A stretch of DNA of 64,000 nt, taken from the NCBI GenBank assembly GCA_036004445.1, contig DASYRL010000067.1:1499-65498 (forward strand). The letters are read 5' to 3'. The notes under the pieces are model-generated. The model made no database searches. It was not told the origin of the DNA and saw nothing but the letters and a program-made list of their open reading frames with translations. This DNA comes from a bacterium. Lineage in GTDB: Bacteria; Sysuimicrobiota; Sysuimicrobiia; Sysuimicrobiales; Kaftiobacteriaceae. Shown piece by piece: positions 19,822-28,610 of this stretch (positions are counted from its first letter, which is position 1; each line of letters starts with the position of its first letter). Position numbers and translations under genes: made by a program.

Positions 19822-21141
19822 CTAGCCGATGTAGACCCGTTCCTCGAGATACCGGAAGTACACGGGCCGCGGCCGCCCTACTAACGCGAACCCCACGGCG
19901 AGCAACCCCAACCGGCCTGCCAGCATCGTCAGGGAAAGCAAGATCTTTCCGGTGGTGCTGAGTTCGGGCGTGATCCCCATCGACAGGCCCACGGTGCCCA
20001 GCGCTGACACCACCTCGAACAGGATCTTCAGAAAGTCGGCGTGTTCCGTCGAGGTCATGATCAGCGTGACCACGGTGATCCATGCGGTTGCGACCATGCC
20101 GATGGCCAGGGCGCGATAGACGGTATCCTGCGGCAGGCGGCGTTTGAACGCTATCGGATCCTGGCCGCCCTTGAGAAGCGCCAGGGCCGCGGCCAGCACG
20201 ACGCCCAGCGTGGTCGTCTTGATCCCGCCACCGGTCCCTCCCGGACCCGTTCCCACGAACATCAGCACAACGATCGCAAAGAGGCTTGTTGCCGTCATCG
20301 CGCCGATGTCGACCGAATTGAACCCGGTCGTCGTCGAGGCCGAGAACGCCTGGAAGCTCGCCGTCAGGATGCGCTGCGACCAGGTAACCCCCGGCAGGTG
20401 GCGTTCTGCGATCAGGACGAGGACCGTTCCACCGAGCAGCAACACCCCGGACACCAGCAAGGTGAGCCGCGTGTGGACGGACAGGCGGGGGTGCCTGACG
20501 CCGGCGAGCGCCTGATACGAGAATTGCAGCAGATCCCGCAGCACGAAGAATCCAATGCCGCCGGCGACCGTCACGATCGCCACCACGATGTTGGCGGTGA
20601 GGCTGTCTCGATATCGGACGAAACTGTCGGCGAACAGGCTAAATCCCGCCGTACAGAAAGCCGAGACCGCGTGGAAGAATCCCAAGGCCAGGGCTTTGGT
20701 CACCGGAAAGTCCCGCGCGTAGACCAGGCTCAGGCCGATGGTGCCGATGCCTTCGAAGAGCAGCGTGAACAGGAAGACGGTTTTGAGGAACCCCTTCAGC
20801 TCGCCGTAGCGCGCGCCAGCGAGCGATTCCTCGATCGTCAGGCCCGCTCCCGGCGACACCCGTGAGCCCACGACGAAGGCGATTCCAGCGACAAACGCCA
20901 TGTACCCGAGCCCGCCGATCTGGAACAGCGCGAGGATGACCCACTGCCCGAACGTGGAGTAGTAGCTGCCGGTATCGACGACGATGAGCCCGGTGGTCGT
21001 TACCGCCGAGGTCGCGGTGAAGACGGCGTCCACGAACGGCTGCCGGACCCCCTCCGCCGAGGCGATCCGCAGCGTGAGCAGATACGCTCCGAACAGCGTG
21101 AGGACCGTGAACCCCAGCAGCAGCGACTGGGCGGGCGTCAT
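19822..21141 (-). CDS. TrkH/KtrB family potassium transporter
   Basis: Four selectivity-filter-like motifs (TTGLIV, CTAGFS, TTGFNS, TVGLSMG). Start moved to ATG 21141 (MTPAQSLLLGF) because the 46-codon extension to 21279 has visibly low third-position G+C. Confidence 0.8.
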   Translation of the reverse strand: MTPAQSLLLGFTVLTLFGAYLLTLRIASAEGVRQPFVDAVFTATSAVTTTGLIVVDTGSYYSTFGQWVILALFQIGGLGYMAFVAGIAFVVGSRVSPGAGLTIEESLAGARYGELKGFLKTVFLFTLLFEGIGTIGLSLVYARDFPVTKALALGFFHAVSAFCTAGFSLFADSFVRYRDSLTANIVVAIVTVAGGIGFFVLRDLLQFSYQALAGVRHPRLSVHTRLTLLVSGVLLLGGTVLVLIAERHLPGVTWSQRILTASFQAFSASTTTGFNSVDIGAMTATSLFAIVVLMFVGTGPGGTGGGIKTTTLGVVLAAALALLKGGQDPIAFKRRLPQDTVYRALAIGMVATAWITVVTLIMTSTEHADFLKILFEVVSALGTVGLSMGITPELSTTGKILLSLTMLAGRLGLLAVGFALVGRPRPVYFRYLEERVYIG

Positions 21142-21280
21142 ACGGCGTGTCAGTGTCCGCAGCGTTATCGGTCGCCGGGGTACCGCCGGTGGGCGCAGGC
21201 TACTGACGGTTTCTTGATGGGAGCGTCGAGGTTGCATCGTGGACCGGATGGCCGAAAAACACCATAGCAAGAAGGCCATT

Positions 21281-21302
21281 AGGAAATCCTTAAGGATTTC
21301 CT
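21281..21302. promoter_or_regulatory. perfect 22-bp AT-rich palindrome in the trkH/kimA divergent region (candidate operator)
   Basis: AGGAAATCCTT|AAGGATTTCCT, a perfect inverted repeat. It stands out in a GC-rich context. Confidence 0.4.
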
Positions 21303-21328
21303 AAGTCCGGTGTTGCTACCGTCAGCAG

Positions 21329-23440
21329 TTGGGTCAGATGATGTCAGATCGCTTGCTGCAGGCACTCCTGCTCGCCGTGGGGCTGCTGGTCGTGGCCGCC
21401 ATCCAGCGCTGGACTGCCGTCGGCACCGGCGCGGGCGTCGCCATCCTGCTCCTGGTGATCGCTCTCATCCTGCGCGCGATCCTGAGGACCACAGCGGCGT
21501 ATGAGGCGGCGCCGGCCCGGTGGCATCCTCGCCGCTTCTCGCTCCGTCGGCTGCTGCTGGGCTCGCCGCTGCCGACGTATGAGATGCCCCAGCAGACCGT
21601 GGGCAAGTTCGTGGGGCTCGCGGTCTTCGCATCCGACGTCCTCTCGTCGGTCGCCTATTCCACCGAGGAGATCCTGATTGTCCTCGCGGTGGCGGGCACG
21701 GCGTTCTTCGGTCTGTCCATTCCCATCTCGATCGCCATCTCGCTGCTGCTTCTGGTCCTCACGATTTCGTACCGGCAGACGATCTTCGCCTATCCGGGCG
21801 GAGGCGGAGCCTACATCGTGGCGCGGGATAACCTCGGAGAAGGACCTGCGCAGACCGCCGGAGCGGCGTTGCTCACCGACTACATCCTGACGGTCTCGGT
21901 GAGCATCGCATCCGGCGTCGCGCAAATCGCGTCGGCGTTCCCGGTGCTCATCCCCTGGCGGGTGGAGCTCGCGGTTGCGGCCATCCTGTTCATGATGGTG
22001 ATCAACCTCAGGGGGGTCCGGGAATCCGGGACCATCTTTGCCATTCCAACCTACTTCTTCGTCGTGATGATGTTGGTCATGCTCGTGACCGGCTTTTATC
22101 AGCTCCTCACCGGACAGCTGGGTCAGGTCACCGGCGTCGCGCTTGAAACCACCGCCTTCCAGCCGCTGACCGTGTTCCTGGTCCTCCGCGCGTTCAGCAG
22201 CGGGGCGGTCGCCGTCACCGGCACAGAAGCGGTGAGCAACGGGATCACGGCATTCCGCGAGCCGAAGAGCAAGAACGCCGCGGCCACGATGGCCTGGATG
22301 AGCGTGCTCATCGGCACCATGTTCGTGGGAACAACGGTGCTCGCTAACCGCGCCCACGCGGTGCCGGTGGAGCAGGAAACGATCATTTCCGAGCTCGCTC
22401 GGACCATCTATGGGACCGGCTACCTGCACGTCATCACTCTGGTTGCGACGACGATCATCCTTGTCCTCGCTGCGAACACGGCGTTCGCGGATTTCCCGCG
22501 GCTGGCCGCGCTCCATGCGGGGGACGGCTTCCTACCGCGCCAGCTCACCTACCGGGGCAGCCGGCTCGTGTTCTCCTGGGGTATCGTGGGCCTGGCGATC
22601 ATCGCGTCGCTGCTGGTCGTCCTGTTCCAGGCCAACGTCTCCCGCCTTATCCCGCTGTACGCGATCGGCGTCTTCCTCTCGTTTACGATGTCGCAGACCG
22701 GGATGGTCCTGCGCTGGCGAAAGGTCGGCCGCCTCGCCCCGGGCGAGGAGATCCAGACCAAAGGGTCGATTCTCCGCTTCGATCCCCGTTGGCGGTTCAA
22801 GCAGGCGCTCAACGCCTTCGGCGCGGTGCTGACCTCGGCGGTCATCGTGGTCCTCGCGGTCACCAAGTTCGCGCAGGGGGCCTGGATCATCATCATCCTG
22901 ATCCCGACGCTGGTCGGGATTTTCTTCCGCATCCACCGGCACTATCAGGACGTGCGCCGGCGGCTGAGCGTCAGCGGAGTCGCGGAGCCTCCGCCGACCG
23001 TACCCGTCATCAACCTCGTGCTCATTTCAGACGTCCATGCCGCGGCGCTGCGGCAGGTCCAATTCGTCCGGTCGCTGGGATTCCGCTGGACGGCGGTGCA
23101 CGTTGCCATCGACGAGGAGAAGGCGGCGGAGGTCAAGCACAAGTGGGACCGGTTTTTCCCGGACGACGAACTGGTCATCCTGGCGTCCCCGCTGCGGGAT
23201 CTCGTGGGGCCAATCCGGACGTACGTCGAGCGGCTGCGACTGACCCATCCCCGGGCGTTCATTCACGTCATTGTGGCCCAGATCCTCATGGACAACATGG
23301 TCGAGCAGGTCTTGCATCAGAACACCACGGTGATCTTCAAGCTGGCCCTGCAGGAGATCCCGATGGTCGCCGTCACGGACGTTGCATTTCCCCTCTATCC
23401 CGAGCCTCCGCAAGGCGTCGTCGACGTCGAGCACCTTTAG
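21329..23440 (+). CDS. kimA: KimA-type K+/H+ symporter (APC superfamily) with N-terminal extension
   Basis: 703 aa. VFASDVLSSVAYSTEEIL, YPGGGGAYIVARDNLG, LRAFSSGAVAVTGTEAVSNG, and a C-terminal cytosolic domain (ILASPLRDLVGP) as in B. subtilis KimA. Confidence 0.8.
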   Translation: MGQMMSDRLLQALLLAVGLLVVAAIQRWTAVGTGAGVAILLLVIALILRAILRTTAAYEAAPARWHPRRFSLRRLLLGSPLPTYEMPQQTVGKFVGLAVFASDVLSSVAYSTEEILIVLAVAGTAFFGLSIPISIAISLLLLVLTISYRQTIFAYPGGGGAYIVARDNLGEGPAQTAGAALLTDYILTVSVSIASGVAQIASAFPVLIPWRVELAVAAILFMMVINLRGVRESGTIFAIPTYFFVVMMLVMLVTGFYQLLTGQLGQVTGVALETTAFQPLTVFLVLRAFSSGAVAVTGTEAVSNGITAFREPKSKNAAATMAWMSVLIGTMFVGTTVLANRAHAVPVEQETIISELARTIYGTGYLHVITLVATTIILVLAANTAFADFPRLAALHAGDGFLPRQLTYRGSRLVFSWGIVGLAIIASLLVVLFQANVSRLIPLYAIGVFLSFTMSQTGMVLRWRKVGRLAPGEEIQTKGSILRFDPRWRFKQALNAFGAVLTSAVIVVLAVTKFAQGAWIIIILIPTLVGIFFRIHRHYQDVRRRLSVSGVAEPPPTVPVINLVLISDVHAAALRQVQFVRSLGFRWTAVHVAIDEEKAAEVKHKWDRFFPDDELVILASPLRDLVGPIRTYVERLRLTHPRAFIHVIVAQILMDNMVEQVLHQNTTVIFKLALQEIPMVAVTDVAFPLYPEPPQGVVDVEHL

Positions 23441-23479
23441 GTATTTCTAAGGCGTCCGTCTTGTGCCAGACTGGACCCC

Positions 23480-25537
23480 GTGGCACTGAATGTCGTGAAG
23501 CGTGCGCTGATCGGGCCGCCGCTGCCGACGGCCCGGCTGGCGCACGAACGTCTCAACAAGATCCAAGGCCTCGCCGTCTTCTCCTCGGACAACCTGTCGT
23601 CGTCGGCGTACGCTACCGAGGAGATCCTGCTGGCCCTGACGGTCGCCGGGTCGGCGGCGCTGACGCTGGCCTGGCCGATCGCGCTGGCGATCGCGGCGGT
23701 CTTCGCGATCGTCGGGTTCTCCTACTATCAGACGATCCATGCTTATCCGTCGGGGGGCGGCGCCTACATCGTCGCCCGCAGCAACCTCGGCATCTGGCCG
23801 GGGCTCATCGCGGCGGCGGCGCTGCTCATTGACTACATCCTCACGGTTTCCGTCAGCATTGCCGCGGGGGTGGCCGCGATTACCTCCGCTGCGCCGGAGC
23901 TGTTCCCGCACCGCATCACGATCGCGCTGGCCGCCGTCGCCCTGATCGCGCTGATCAACCTGCGGGGAGTGCGCGAGTCGGGGACGATCTTCAGCGTTCC
24001 GACCTACTTCTTTGTCGTGATGATGTTCGTCATGCTCGGCCTGGGGCTGCTTCGGAGCTGGGGGAGCCCGGCGGTAGCTCCGCAGGCGGCCGCCGACGCA
24101 GGGGCGGCGTTGCAGCCGCTGACGTTGTTGCTGCTGCTGCGGGCATTTGCGTCGGGGTCGGCGGCGATGACGGGCGTCGAGGCGATCAGCAACGGCGTGC
24201 AGGCGTTCCGCCCGCCGGAGTCTCGCAACGCCGGGGTGACGCTGATCTGGATGGTGGCCCTCCTCAGCGCGATGTTTCTCGGCATCACCTACCTGGCGCG
24301 CCATTACGGGTTGGTCCCGGTCGAACATGAGACCATCGTGTCGCAGCTGGCGCGGCAGGTATTCGGGTCAGGCAGCCCCGCGTACTACATGATGCAGGCC
24401 GGGACTGCGATGATCCTGATCCTGGCCGCGAACACCAGTTTCGCCGACTTCCCGCGTCTGTCGTCGATCCTCGCCCGCGACCGCTTCCTCCCCCACCAGT
24501 TGATGAACCTGGGGGATCGCCTAGTGTTCGCCAACGGGATCCTCGTGCTGGGCCTGCTGTCGGGGCTGCTGCTGTACGTGTTTTCGGCGAGCACCCACGC
24601 GCTGATCCCGCTCTACGCGGTGGGGGTCTTCCTGTCGTTTACGCTGTCCCAAAGCGGCATGGTCAAGAAGTGGTGGACGGAGCGGGGCAGAGGCTGGCAG
24701 CGCAGCATCGTGTTCAACGCGGTCGGCGCCGTCACGACCGCGTTGATCCTCGTCGTGGTGACGGTCGCGAAGTTCTCCCACGGCGCCTGGATCATCATGC
24801 TGCTGGTTCCGAGCTTCGTGTGGTTCATGCGGAGCATCTACCTGTACTACGAGAACGTCCGCACCCAGCTCTCTCTCGCCGGGGCGAGGACCACCCAGGC
24901 GCACCTGCAGCACAAAGTGGTCATCCCCGTCGGGGGCATTCACAAAGGCGTCCTGCCGGCGCTGCGCTATGCGAAGTCCATCAGTGATGACGTCACCGCG
25001 GTGATGATCGACATCAATGGCGCCGAGACCGCCGACGTGGTCGCGAAGTGGTCCCAGTGGAGCCTCGGTGTGCCGCTCACGGTCCTGTCATCCCCGTACC
25101 GGTCCGTGATCAGGCCGTTCCTGCAGTACCTGGACGAGCTGGAATGGGACGTGGGGTTCGACCAGCAGCTCACGGTGATCCTCCCTGAGTTCGTGCCGGC
25201 GCGCTTGTGGAATTTCCTCCTGCACAACCAGACCTCGTTTCTGTTGAAGGCGGCCCTGTTCTTCCGGCGCCGGCCGGGCACGCTCGTGACGGTCGTCACC
25301 GACGTACCCTACTATCTGCAGGAGCCCTCCGTCGACGGCCGCGAGCCGGGAACGGTCCCGCGCTTCAGTCGCAGGATGGTCGCCGTGCTGGCGGCGTGCG
25401 TGACCATGATTCTGCTCTTTGCTCTATCGGTCATCGTGCCGTGGCCGGCGCTGTTGCAGGGAGTCTTCGGGTCCGCCGCTCTTCTCTCGTTGGTGGTGCT
25501 TGCGGCCCTGGCGTTTGTCCGCTCAGTCTACCGGTAG
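23480..25537 (+). CDS. kimA: KimA-type K+/H+ symporter, paralog 2
   Basis: 685 aa. RALIGPPLPT...VFSSDNLSSSAYATEEIL, YPSGGGAYIVARSNLG, IPLYAVGVFLSFTLSQSGMVKKWW, LSSPYRSVIRPF. Collinear with KimA as recalled from memory. Confidence 0.85.
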   Translation: MALNVVKRALIGPPLPTARLAHERLNKIQGLAVFSSDNLSSSAYATEEILLALTVAGSAALTLAWPIALAIAAVFAIVGFSYYQTIHAYPSGGGAYIVARSNLGIWPGLIAAAALLIDYILTVSVSIAAGVAAITSAAPELFPHRITIALAAVALIALINLRGVRESGTIFSVPTYFFVVMMFVMLGLGLLRSWGSPAVAPQAAADAGAALQPLTLLLLLRAFASGSAAMTGVEAISNGVQAFRPPESRNAGVTLIWMVALLSAMFLGITYLARHYGLVPVEHETIVSQLARQVFGSGSPAYYMMQAGTAMILILAANTSFADFPRLSSILARDRFLPHQLMNLGDRLVFANGILVLGLLSGLLLYVFSASTHALIPLYAVGVFLSFTLSQSGMVKKWWTERGRGWQRSIVFNAVGAVTTALILVVVTVAKFSHGAWIIMLLVPSFVWFMRSIYLYYENVRTQLSLAGARTTQAHLQHKVVIPVGGIHKGVLPALRYAKSISDDVTAVMIDINGAETADVVAKWSQWSLGVPLTVLSSPYRSVIRPFLQYLDELEWDVGFDQQLTVILPEFVPARLWNFLLHNQTSFLLKAALFFRRRPGTLVTVVTDVPYYLQEPSVDGREPGTVPRFSRRMVAVLAACVTMILLFALSVIVPWPALLQGVFGSAALLSLVVLAALAFVRSVYR

Positions 25538-25546
25538 CAGGATGTT

Positions 25547-26491
25547 ATGCTGGATGGGATGGCCGCCCCACGCCAACCCGCCGTATCACCCGCGACCGCG
25601 GGCGAGTTCGATCTACTGCAGGAGATGGCCCGCACGATTGTCCAGGCGGCCGACCTGCTCGCCGAGACGCTGAACGGCAAGACGCCCGTCGCGCGCGCAT
25701 GGCCGGAGATCCGCGACCTCGAGCACAAGGGCGACGCTATCGCCCGCGACCTGTTCGAGCTGCTGCTGACGCCGCGCACCACCCAACCCGACGTTGACTC
25801 GCTGCGGGCGCTGACCGGCTACCTCGACGACGTCCTCGACGGCATCGAAGCCGCGGCCGCCCGGCTGGCCATCTACCGGATCCGCCGGGCCATCGCGCCG
25901 GCGAAGGCCATGGGCCAGGTGGTGCGGGACTCCGCCCGCGAGCTGGCCGCCGCGCTCGACAGCCTCCGCCAGATGCGGGACGTATTTCCCCACACGCGGA
26001 CGCTGCACCGGCTGGAGAATCGCGGGGATGATCTCCTGCGCGAGGCGATCGAGCGGTTGTTCGCCGGACGGGCGTCGCCGAAGGATCTGCTGAAGTGGAA
26101 GGACGTTTTCGAGCTGCTGGAGAGTGCGACCGACCGCTGCGAGGACATCGCCAACGTCCTGGAGACCATCGTCGTGGCGGCGGGCGTGGAAGACCGTCTC
26201 GTCGCCGGCCGTCTGGTGATGGACGTCGGCCGCCACGAAGTGGTGGTCGACGGAACCCCCATTCCGCTGTCGGCCAAGGAGTACGCGCTGCTCCACCTCC
26301 TGCTCCGGCACCAGGGAAAAGTGGTCAGGCGAGAGCGGCTGCTTGCCGACGTTTGGGGTGAGGATTACTTCGGTGATTCACGAACGCTGGATACGCACCT
26401 GGGCTGGCTGCGCAAGAAAGTGGAACGCCGCGGTGGCGTCCGCATCGTGTCGGTGCGCGGCGTCGGATATCGTCTCGACCTCCTGCAATAG
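25547..26491 (+). CDS. PhoU-like DUF47 domain fused to OmpR/PhoB-type winged-helix DNA-binding domain
   Basis: 314 aa. N-terminal ~210 aa: IRDLEHKGDAIARDLF...LDDVLDGIE...LENRGDDLLREA...KDVFELLESATDRCEDIANV (DUF47/PhoU_div pattern). C-terminal ~95 aa: LSAKEYALLHLLLRHQGKVVRRERLLADVWG...RTLDTHLGWLRKK...VRGVGYRL. Confidence 0.8.
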   Translation: MLDGMAAPRQPAVSPATAGEFDLLQEMARTIVQAADLLAETLNGKTPVARAWPEIRDLEHKGDAIARDLFELLLTPRTTQPDVDSLRALTGYLDDVLDGIEAAAARLAIYRIRRAIAPAKAMGQVVRDSARELAAALDSLRQMRDVFPHTRTLHRLENRGDDLLREAIERLFAGRASPKDLLKWKDVFELLESATDRCEDIANVLETIVVAAGVEDRLVAGRLVMDVGRHEVVVDGTPIPLSAKEYALLHLLLRHQGKVVRRERLLADVWGEDYFGDSRTLDTHLGWLRKKVERRGGVRIVSVRGVGYRLDLLQ

Positions 26492-26501
26492 ACCCGGATT
26501 T

Positions 26502-26545
26502 CTTCACTCAACCTTGACGCACCCTTGGCGCGCACTTGAGGCACG
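26502..26545 (+). promoter_or_regulatory. four direct repeats phased at exactly 11 bp upstream of pstS (Pho-box-like)
   Basis: CTTCACTCAAC / CTTGACGCACC / CTTGGCGCGCA / CTTGAGGCACG, starting at 26502, 26513, 26524 and 26535. Confidence 0.5.
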
Positions 26546-26598
26546 TGCGCTACGCTCATTGTGGTGTAGAAAGAATGACGATACAGGGAGGACGCCGC

Positions 26599-27648
26599 AT
26601 GCCAAGGATGTTGACCGGACTGCTGCTTGCCGTCATGGTGCTGCTGGGAGGATGCCAGGCGCCCGTACCGGCACAGACCATCACGCTGAATGGAGCCGGG
26701 GCGACGTTCCCATTCCCCCTGTATTCGAAGTGGTCCCAGGTCTACGCAGCGGAGAAGGGTGTGCAGATCAACTACCAGTCGATTGGTTCCGGCGGCGGGA
26801 TCCGGCAGTTCATCGAAAAGACGGTGGACTTTGGAGCATCCGACGGCCCGATGACCGACGAGCAGATCCGCCAGGCGGGCGGCCGCGTCCTGCACGTGCC
26901 GATGGTGGCCGGCGCCGTCGTGCCCGTGTACAATATCCCGGGCGTCACGATCGGGCTGAACTTCACCCCCGACGTGCTGGCCGACATCTTCCTCGGCAAG
27001 ATCACCAAGTGGAACGATCGCCGGATCGTGCAGGCCAATCCCAAGGCGGCGCTGCCGTCCGCCGACATCGTCGTCGTTCACCGCTCCGACGGGTCGGGCA
27101 CGACCGCGATCTGGGTCAACTACCTCAGCAAGGTCAGCAAAGAGTGGAAGGAGAAGGTCGGCGAAGGTACGTCGGTGAACTGGCCGACGGGATTGGGCGG
27201 GCGCGGGAACGAGGGCGTCGCGGGATTGGTCCGGCAGACCCCCAACACACTGGGCTACGTCGAACTGGCCTACGCGCTGACCAACAAGATGACCTTTGGG
27301 AACGTGCGTAACAAGACAGGCCAGTTCGTCCGGCCGTCGCTGTCCAGCACTACCAAAGCAATGGAAGGAGCGCTTGCGTCGATCCCGGCGGACTATCGAG
27401 TGTTCTTCACCGACCCGGCCGGCCGCGACGCGTACCCGGTCGCCGGCTTCACGTGGATCCTCATCTACGGGGAGCAGGCGGATCCCGCGAAGGGAAAGGC
27501 GTTGGTGGACTTCCTGTGGTGGGCGGTGCATGACGGACAGAGGTACGCCCCGACCTTGCTCTACGCCCCTTTGCCAAAGAGTCTAGCGGCCCGCATCGAA
27601 AGTACCCTAAAGACGGTCACCGCACGGGGGCAGCCCATCCTGCGGTAG
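26599..27648 (+). CDS. pstS: phosphate ABC transporter substrate-binding lipoprotein PstS
   Basis: ORF 26536..27648 trimmed to ATG 26599 (GGGAGGA 6 nt upstream). Lipobox LLGGC, GAGATFP and SGGG motifs. Confidence 0.9.
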   Translation: MPRMLTGLLLAVMVLLGGCQAPVPAQTITLNGAGATFPFPLYSKWSQVYAAEKGVQINYQSIGSGGGIRQFIEKTVDFGASDGPMTDEQIRQAGGRVLHVPMVAGAVVPVYNIPGVTIGLNFTPDVLADIFLGKITKWNDRRIVQANPKAALPSADIVVVHRSDGSGTTAIWVNYLSKVSKEWKEKVGEGTSVNWPTGLGGRGNEGVAGLVRQTPNTLGYVELAYALTNKMTFGNVRNKTGQFVRPSLSSTTKAMEGALASIPADYRVFFTDPAGRDAYPVAGFTWILIYGEQADPAKGKALVDFLWWAVHDGQRYAPTLLYAPLPKSLAARIESTLKTVTARGQPILR

Positions 27649-27656
27649 AGGGCATC

Positions 27657-28610
27657 GTGGCGGTCAACTCAGCAGCGCCCCGGTCGCCGGTCCGCGCAAC
27701 AGGCGATCGGGTATTCCAATACGTGTTGGCGGCGACGGCCGTCGCCATCCCGCTGATCATGGGCGCGATGCTGATCGCGCTGATCGATGCCGGCATGCCC
27801 GCGATCCGGCGGTTCGGGCTCGCGTTCTTTGCCACCTCGACGTGGGATCCCGTGGCCGGTGAATTCGGCGTCCTGCCGTTCGTCTACGGCACCCTGGTGT
27901 CGTCGGCGGTCGCCCTGTTGCTTGCCGTCCCGCTGGGGTTGGGTGTGGCCATCTTCCTCTCGGAGCTGGCGCCGGGGTGGGTGCGCACGCCCGTCCGGTT
28001 CCTTGTCGAGCTGCTCGCCGCAATTCCCAGCGTGGTCTACGGCCTGTGGGGGATCTTTGTCCTCGTCCCGTGGGTGCGCGCCACACTCACGCCGCTGCTG
28101 AAATCGACGCTGGGATTTCTCCCGCTGTTCACCGGACCGCCGCTGGGCATCGGCATGCTCACCGCCGGATTGGTCCTCGCGATCATGGTCGTGCCCTTCA
28201 TCGTCGCGCTGAGTACCGAGGTCATGCGCACCGTGCCGCGCTCGCAGCGGGAGGCCGCGCTGGCCCTGGGGGCCACGGGGTGGGAAACCACCCGGACGGC
28301 CGTCATCCCCTACGCGCGCTCGGGGATCGCGGGGGCGATCTTCCTGGCGCTGGCCCGTGCGCTGGGCGAGACGATGGCCGTGACGATGGTGATCGGGAAC
28401 GTGCCACAGATCAAGGCGTCGCTGCTCGCTCCCGCTTATACCGTGTCGGCCGTCATCGCCAACGAGTTTGCCGAGGCGACGAGCGACCTCTACGTTGCCG
28501 CGCTCGTCTACGCCGGACTCGTCCTGTTCCTGGTGACCCTGACCGTCAACATCCTTGCGCGGGTGCTCGTGCGGCGCGTCGCCCGCGGCCCGGCCCTGAT
28601 CCGAGAGTGA
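27657..28610 (+). CDS. pstC: phosphate ABC transporter permease PstC
   Basis: 317 aa. Multi-TM with the EAALALGATGWET EAA loop. Confidence 0.9.
   Translation: MAVNSAAPRSPVRATGDRVFQYVLAATAVAIPLIMGAMLIALIDAGMPAIRRFGLAFFATSTWDPVAGEFGVLPFVYGTLVSSAVALLLAVPLGLGVAIFLSELAPGWVRTPVRFLVELLAAIPSVVYGLWGIFVLVPWVRATLTPLLKSTLGFLPLFTGPPLGIGMLTAGLVLAIMVVPFIVALSTEVMRTVPRSQREAALALGATGWETTRTAVIPYARSGIAGAIFLALARALGETMAVTMVIGNVPQIKASLLAPAYTVSAVIANEFAEATSDLYVAALVYAGLVLFLVTLTVNILARVLVRRVARGPALIRE

Noticed and set aside
21142-21279. 46-codon N-terminal extension of trkH (MAFLLWCFSAIRS...).
   Set aside because: Third-codon-position G+C counted by eye is about 64 percent, clearly lower than in the body of the gene. 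TrkH/KtrB homologs begin near MTPAQSLLLGF. It is treated as 5' leader, though the alternative start is not excluded.
21280-21328. A c-di-AMP (ydaO/kimA) riboswitch was expected upstream of the kimA genes, as in Bacillus.
   Set aside because: The kimA leaders are only about 40-50 nt. I could not recognise the pseudo-symmetric ydaO motifs on either strand of 21142-21328. A covariance-model scan is needed to be sure.
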